Made by a program: the position numbers and the translations under genes. Shown here in pieces: positions 55,946-64,000 of a stretch of DNA of 64,000 nucleotides. The stretch is from Eledone cirrhosa. Taxonomy: Eukaryota. Position 1 is the stretch's first letter, and every line of letters begins with the position of its first letter. Where the stretch lies: positions 43,400,001 to 43,464,000 of the forward strand of contig OZ024749.1 of assembly GCA_964016885.1 (NCBI GenBank), written 5' to 3'. The notes under the pieces are model-generated. The model saw only the letters and a program-made list of their open reading frames with translations, was not told the DNA's origin and did no database searches.

Positions 55946-56147
55946 GATTTCTAGTATAGGCACAGGGCCAGGAATTCGGGGGGAGGGAAAAGTCGATCAA
56001 ATCGACCCCAGTACGTTACTGGTACTTTATTTTATCGACCCCGTAAAGATGAAAGTCAAATTTAACCTCGGTGGAATTTGAACTCAGACCGTAAAAGACC
56101 GTAACTCTATGCTGCAAAGCATGGCGTCTGACCCTACAGATACTGCC
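55946..56147 (-). mobile_element. SINE family A long variant with 13-bp TSD
   Basis: AAAAGCGAAATAT at 55933-55945 and 56148-56160. Confidence 0.92.
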
Positions 56148-57782
56148 AAAAGCGAAATATAACGTGGTCTCCTGGTGATTCATCAGGCGTATCATTCATA
56201 TTATCATTTGTATTATATGTTACTGTTCTCTAGAGAGAATGATAGGTTTCTGTTGGGTTTGAAAAAAGATTGACTACATCCAAATTTTACCCTCTCTTCC
56301 ACTGTTATCGACATCAGTTTTGGTTAGATAACATTAACACTGACCTGAAAAGCAGGTGATTGATATAGTATATTGTAGATGCCCAGACAATAATAGAGCA
56401 AAATCGTCTCACTTGAGCCCAACACAATCGCTCTATGATACGAACAGGAAAATATCAAAGTTTGTATGATATTTTGGAGTAAGTGGATGAAGACACTATG
56501 GTCGAATAGAAGTTCTACTTTCAATCTATGTCTCACCTTCAAATTCTTCTACAATGAAAATAAGGATACCCATCACCTATCACACCCTCGCTAACTCTGG
56601 CATATCTCATATGCATATGAGTAAATATGATTGTGTGAACTCGTGTCTATAGGAAAGAGTGACAATATTCAAAATAACTAAGAATTTTATTCAACAAATC
56701 TCATTTGGATTCTACAATGTTTGGAGGCATTGCCGCGGAGAAGAGCCCGCGGCACCCGCTGCATTAGCCACTCCACCTCACGGGAAATTAAACAAAAGTA
56801 AGTAACGAAAGTGAAGAAAAGTAGACTTCGCTGTCATCTTCATCATTTACAGAGAGAGGCGGTCCTACATATGCTGATTGTATAAATGTTTGTAGGAATA
56901 TAGCGAGTGTCTAACATTCGTGATTCAGTATATAAATATATATATAAGTGTGTGTGTATGTGTGTGAGAGAGCTTGTGTATGCATGTGAGTGCGTGTGAG
57001 TGTGTGAGTATATGTGCATGTGAGAGGGAGTGTGTATGTGTGCGTGAGTGCGTGTATGTCTGTGTGTGCGCGTGAGTATGTCCGCGTATGAGTGTATGTG
57101 TGTTTACGTTTGAGTGTTGTCGATGTATTTGTGTGTATATGCGTGTGAGTGTGTGTGTGTATGTGAGCGTGAATTTGTGTTTACGTGAGTGTGAGTTTGT
57201 GCGTATGTACGTGAGTTTGCGCGTGTGTGTGTCTGTGTGTGAGTCTGTGTGTGCATTTGCGTGAGAGTGCGTGTGTGTTTGTGTGTGAATATGTGTGAGT
57301 CTGTGTGCGCATTTGCGTGAGAGTGCGTGTGTGTTTGTATGTGAATATGTGTGCGTCTGTATGTTTTATGAGTGTGTGTGAGAAAGGTAATGACAGAGAA
57401 AGATAGGAAAGGGCGAACATGAGTGAGTGAGTGATGGAATTCCAATTAGTGGGAAGATCTGACTATTTTTAACACGCTGATTATTACAGAGAATTGTGTG
57501 TGTCTACTAATTTGTTGGGTGAAATTGACGTCCACAGCTTAATCGGCTAATTTAACGATGGCTGATCAAAAATGGACGCGAAAAATCGATCGCCCATTCA
57601 TTATAAGCTTTTTAGGAAAGTCTCATGAACTCTGTTATTTATTTGAGTTTGATCAGCTCATAGTCAAAGGTAGAAAGTAACATAGGGGAACATAATGAAG
57701 GGGAACGAACGAATGAAGCAAAAAATAAAGATAATAATAATAAATAAAACCACAGGTATGTGTGTGTGTATATATGTGTATG

Positions 57783-57868
<86 letters not shown>

Positions 57869-57880
57869 TATATATATATT

Positions 57881-57920
<40 letters not shown>

Positions 57921-57932
57921 TATATATATATT

Positions 57933-57989
<57 letters not shown>

Positions 57990-58424
57990 ATGTATGTATG
58001 TATATATATATGTGTGTGTATGTATGTATATATATATACATATATATATACAGAGAGAGAGAGATACACCCGTATACATTTATAAATGCATACATAATCT
58101 TTCTTCTCTATAAATCTGTGAATTTCGAATTTAAGAGACAATGGTTCAGAGAGGTTTACACATATTACTATATAACGTGTGTTACAGAGGGAGGGAGGGG
58201 GGGGGGGAGTGTAGTAGAAGGGGAAATCGAGTCCTGTCACATGTTCATACACCGTACACTTAGTGAGGTTCTCACGCACACATGTGTGTATGTATACATG
58301 TATGCATGAGGGTAAGTTGAAACTATGAACTTTTCAGCCCCGACCTTCGTATGTATGTATAAAGTGTGTAGTAAATAAGTGAAAGACAGATAAGATATAA
58401 TCATGTATGTAGAGGAATATATAA

Positions 58425-58459
<35 letters not shown>

Positions 58460-58474
58460 AGTGTGTGTGTGTGT

Positions 58475-58592
<118 letters not shown>

Positions 58593-58807
58593 TCGAGAGA
58601 GCGGGAGAGAAGAAGTTAGAGAGTGAGTGAAAGTGGGGGTGAGAGAGAGAAGGGGAGTGAAAGCGGGGGCGTGAGAGCGAGGGCAGTAAGAGAGAGAGAG
58701 AGTAGTGAGAGAGAGAGAGAGAGACAGAGAGAGAGAGAAAGGGACAATGAGAGAGAGAGAGAAAAAGTAAGAGTGAGCGAGGAGTGAGAGGGACGGATGA
58801 GAGAAAG

Positions 58808-58852
<45 letters not shown>

Positions 58853-59594
58853 GAGAGAGAGAGAGAGGAGGAAAGAGTAGGGGACGTAAAAGAGAAGGAA
58901 ATGAAAGAGACAGACGATATGTGGTAAATTGAAACAACACGAGATTTACACTGAAGCAATGAAAGCTCCTCTCACACATTCACAAAATTACGAAGTTGTT
59001 ATCTCTATTGAAACCTAATAATACTAAATGTTATTTCAATGAAGATATTTGCATTCCTAATTTCTCTTAGAGCCCAAAATAAAATATGTTGATTTCTTTC
59101 ATAGTATATACGACAATGGTTGATTGTCTGCCTTATTACAACTCATCAATATATGGAATATATCGGACAGACTAATTAACTCGAGACATCAAATAGCCTG
59201 GCCTAATTTAAATGCGGTATTTTCTATTTATTCAAACGTTCATTGCTAATTATTTACATATTAATCCGTATTTCAATATATTTTGAACATTTTTTTCCCC
59301 TATTTCCGAAATGTTCAATCAATTAGGTGTTCCAAATTAGCTGTAAAGTTTTAGAATTATAAATCACGGGTTATTTTTGAATTTAAGTCATAATAACTAC
59401 AACTATTACAAATATAAATTCGATAGAAATATCATCAAAACAATGATGATACAATAATTACTGCTACCATAGGCACAAGTATGTATATGTATATATATAT
59501 ATATATATATATCAGTATATATATATCAGTATATATATATATAAGAATATATATATATATATAAGTATTTATATATGTATATATATATATAAGA

Positions 59595-59629
<35 letters not shown>

Positions 59630-59733
59630 TACATATATGTATATAAGTATATATATGTATAAGTATATACATATATGTATATAAGTATATATATATATAT
59701 GTGTATATATATATAACTATATATATGTATAAG

Positions 59734-59792
<59 letters not shown>

Positions 59793-59900
59793 GTATATAT
59801 ATATATAAGTATATATATGTGTTTTGTATATATACATATGTATATATACATATGTATATATATATATAAGTATATATATGTATAAGTATATATATGTATA

Positions 59901-59932
<32 letters not shown>

Positions 59933-59954
59933 AGTATATATATGTATAAGTATA

Positions 59955-60084
<130 letters not shown>

Positions 60085-60134
60085 CATTTCTAAGCCCATT
60101 ATTATAGAAATTGACCTGATAACTTTGATAAATA

Positions 60135-60177
<43 letters not shown>

Positions 60178-60545
60178 GTGTGTGTGTGTGGAAAGAGTGA
60201 GAGGGGGAGAGGGGTGAGAGACACTGAAGTAAAGGAGAAAGAGATAGAAAGATATTTTTTATGTCGAATACAAATACATCATGCACACTGAAGTTACAAT
60301 TGGAGGAGACAATGGTCGATTTTTTTTATTTATATTTTCTTTCGGTTTATTTTGTTTTTGTCTATTTAGTCCTTCATTTTGTGCCTGTGTCTGAGACACA
60401 ATTGTTAGTGTCATGTTGGAAATAGCAATGGCGGCTAGAGCCAAACAACTGTACAATGAGCGGAAATGATAGGCAACGCTTGTACATGCATTACAAGAAA
60501 TCGTGACGGACTAGTATAGTTTTAATTATAGAAACTTTACCATAA

Positions 60546-60652
<107 letters not shown>

Positions 60653-60759
60653 GAGATAGATAGATAGATAGATAGATAGATAGTTAGATAGATAGATATG
60701 TTTCTAGATAGATAGATAGATAGGCAGATAGGGATATATATATATATATATTTCTTTAT

Positions 60760-60944
60760 TTTTTCTACTTTTTGGCATAAGGTCACCAATTATCTAGTGC
60801 ATTACTGGTACTTTATTTTATCGACACAGTAAGGATGAAAGGCAAAGTTAACCTCGGCGGGATTTGAACTCAGCATTGGAAGGGCCGTAACTCTATGCTG
60901 GAGAGCATGGTGTCCGACCCTCTACCGATACTACCAATCCACCG
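60760..60944 (-). mobile_element. SINE family A, near full length
   Basis: Reverse-complement match to 492-670. Confidence 0.9.
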
Positions 60945-60963
60945 AGATAGATAGATAGATAGT

Positions 60964-61026
<63 letters not shown>

Positions 61027-61296
61027 CTGCAATGCCTTTTAAGAATGCAACATGGTTAATTCTGCAAACCAGTCACCATTAAAATAGAAGGACATTCAAT
61101 ATATAAAGCCAAAATTGATTTAAAGAATTTGTACACCGCAAATACTCACATTCAATTTGTTTTATTCAATGACGAGATCCCAGACCTATAATCACTTGTT
61201 GATTGGGTGGAATTCATAAAATCGGACCAAGTAAACAGTGTTTCCATTGGTCTTTTCATTGCCGATACTATCTAGCGTTTGCAGCTCCTGGCATAA

Positions 61297-61416
61297 AGAG
61301 CAACAAGAAATAAAGTGTCTTGTTCAAGGATATAAGGTAACATCGCCCTATCAGGGAATCGAACTCGCAACCTCGCGATCGCGAAACCTATTCTCTAACG
61401 ACTAAGCCATACACCT
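61297..61416 (-). mobile_element. tRNA-derived SINE head with CORE-like segment
   Basis: Minus strand ATGGCTTAGTCGTTAGAG (A-box), GAGTTCGATTCCC (B-box), CCTTGAACAAGACACTTTATTTC. Confidence 0.72.
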
Positions 61417-61881
61417 TCACTAATCATACATACACACATACATGAAAACATACATACATACATGCATACATACATACATACATGCATAGGCTATAAATGG
61501 CTGCGATAGCTGGCACCTTCAAAATTTGCAAGGGTCAACAATTTCTTTTCTTTTACAACCTTGCCACCAGGAAGGTGGCCGTTCAAAAATGTACTCGAAA
61601 TTAAGAGAAAGAGAAACATTCATACATACATAGTGGCTGCCCTCTCTTTATCGAGTATGACCATTGCACGATATAACATTATTAATAATTATCAATTAAT
61701 GCTGTAGTGCAATGCCTGTGCCTAAAGATTTTTTTAATAAGGAAAGACTTTGCACTGAGCCAAACCCACTCTGAGCGACAGTAGCTGTAATCCGAAAAGA
61801 AGAAAAGATCAATATCATTGGTAACTACATACATACATACATACATACATACATACATACATACATACATACATACATACA

Positions 61882-61912
<31 letters not shown>

Positions 61913-62965
61913 GCACGCTACTATATTTTTAGAATTTGTTCTACATTTTTACTATCTTATTAAAATCTCTTAAAATATTCATATTTAAGTAAGAAATAAA
62001 GTATGTAATATATAATATCCAAGCGAAGCCAAGTAGATATAAACCCTATAAATAAAGTTATTTACATTTCACATCACCGTGCAGCTGTACATGCCAAAGA
62101 TCTTATTCTCTTCTCTCCCCTTATTCTGCAAAATTACATGTTTTCAGCACACGCGTTGATTTGTTTATCATCATTAAAATACGCGTAAAACTGTCTTATT
62201 ACATTCTATGGCTTTTCCCGTGTATAATCTTTAACATATGACGTGTAATTAATATTTCTTACAACATTTCCACAATCGAGGAAGTCCGCTCCGATAAGCA
62301 GGTTTACATATTACTGGAGACTGATCGATGGATATTTTCTATAACGCGTAGCTGAACTTCAATTTCGAATCAAATAGCGGGGTGGGGATGGGGTGTGGGT
62401 TGTGAGCTTAGAATCGGTCAAAGTTTTGATAAGGAACATATCAGATCAGAGCAGTCAGTCAGGTCGGAAATGTGTATGGAAGGAGAGGGGAGAGGAGGGA
62501 AGGGGAGGAAATAATGGTTGATCTATCGATTTTTTTTTTTAAGAATACATCGATGTGTTCTTAACAACCAGTTTCAATATGGCTAAAGTTATTTCCTCTA
62601 GAGGTGTAGTGTTTACTAGACAAAGATTCATTGGTTGAGTTCACAACGGTGCATAGGTACAATTTCCGGATAAGAAATTGCCAACTTGTCATCAATAAGG
62701 TAACAGCCAACTCGACCAATAAGCTATCATTATAAAATCATTTCAGCTTATACTTGACATCTAAGGTATCTTGATTACATCCTACGTCGGCAGTTTGGAC
62801 AGAATGCAACGGGGAGAATAATTTGACCTCACCACCTATACAACGATTTCTTAAAATATTGATGACTTTATAGATCTGCCGCATGTCAAGGTCATTATTG
62901 CCTTTTGCCTCTACTCAATAGCCAGAGGAAGTATTAATAATGGCTTCTAGTATATCTCTATCTTT

Positions 62966-63211
<246 letters not shown>

Positions 63212-63366
63212 GGAACGAGTAGGACCCCGACGGCTGAGCTCAAGCCGTTTAGACGGCTAATTCTGACTCCAGAATTAGCCGTCTCAGAATTACCCACTCT
63301 ACTACCCTAAGTATTGAGTACTTTGGTGCGTTATGGTCCACCTGGTTCCTTACCACATTCCTTCCG

Positions 63367-63368
<2 letters not shown>
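63212..63368 (+). mobile_element. Family P1, partly collapsed
   Basis: Inverted arm, short forward arm and full tail; (TA)n flanks. Confidence 0.8.
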
Positions 63369-63442
<74 letters not shown>

Positions 63443-63584
63443 AGAGAGAGAGGTGGAGGGAGAGAGAGGTGGGAGATAAATCCTTGTTTTTAAAGAAAGA
63501 AAGTAAGAATCGGCTAATAAATCAGTTATTTCCTGGAATTAATACAATATACAGGTTTACAACTGTACAGAAGCTATGGATCAT

Positions 63585-63885
63585 CCGTCTATTTCGACGA
63601 TGAACATGCAGTCTTTCGATCCACTGAACTGAAAGTATGACTTTTTAATTGAAGTCTAAGTGGCTGGTTGTTCTACTGACAACAGTTCGCAAAACCATAG
63701 TGACGCAATATGGGATGAAATTACAAGTATGATCTCTCCAACGGGCTTCCATACAGTTGCGGTCTACCTTCTCTCACTCATATGTCTTCGGTGAAACCGA
63801 ATGTACCGTAAACACATGCCAATGTTATTGGATTGATCCACGGACGTCAAGATTGTGAAGTGAGCTTCTTAATCATTCGGTCATT
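63585..63885 (-). mobile_element. Highly diverged CORE-type SINE
   Basis: ACGGGCTTCCA and GAAGTGAGCTTCT are reverse-complement matches to parts of 43881-44046. Confidence 0.5.
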
Positions 63886-64000
63886 GATACACTAGATACA
63901 GAAATATGTTAAAGATGATTGGAGAGGGTGGGGAGGATTGAACCAAAAACGGTGTAAACTTGATTAGGAAAGTAAATTGAGTCAATCATATAATCAGATC

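Noticed and set aside
56290-56346. Minus-strand exon after CCTGCTTTTCAG
   Set aside because: Stops in all three frames.
56728-56785. GC-rich hairpin TGCCGCGG..CCGCGGCA as an ncRNA or terminator
   Set aside because: Single short hairpin with no supporting context.

Overview
AT-rich, gene-poor eukaryotic DNA, intergenic or intronic. The SINE sequences and the extreme microsatellite load look like an octopus or other cephalopod genome; that is recalled, not searched. No convincing protein-coding gene is present: almost every ORF in the track is a translated (TA)n, (TG)n, (GA)n or triplet repeat. The window holds many tRNA-derived SINE copies (several with target-site duplications), Tc1/mariner and hAT MITEs, a LINE 3' fragment and a Helitron-like end. 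The main signal is at least 7 sequence-unrelated families of short non-coding elements that sit in (TA)n tracts. Most have the layout inverted arm + forward arm + unique 3' tail, and most carry type I hammerhead ribozyme motifs on the strand reading toward the tail. Two hammerheads are complete and canonical (7563-7649 +, 25014-25093 -). This fits Penelope-like retroelement pseudo-LTR remnants or non-autonomous retrozyme-like derivatives, and a decayed Penelope-type RT fragment may lie at about 11.4-11.6 kb. A second notable structure is a 14-unit, 78-bp tandem array grown from the terminal inverted repeat of a mariner MITE. All folds and coordinates were derived by eye.
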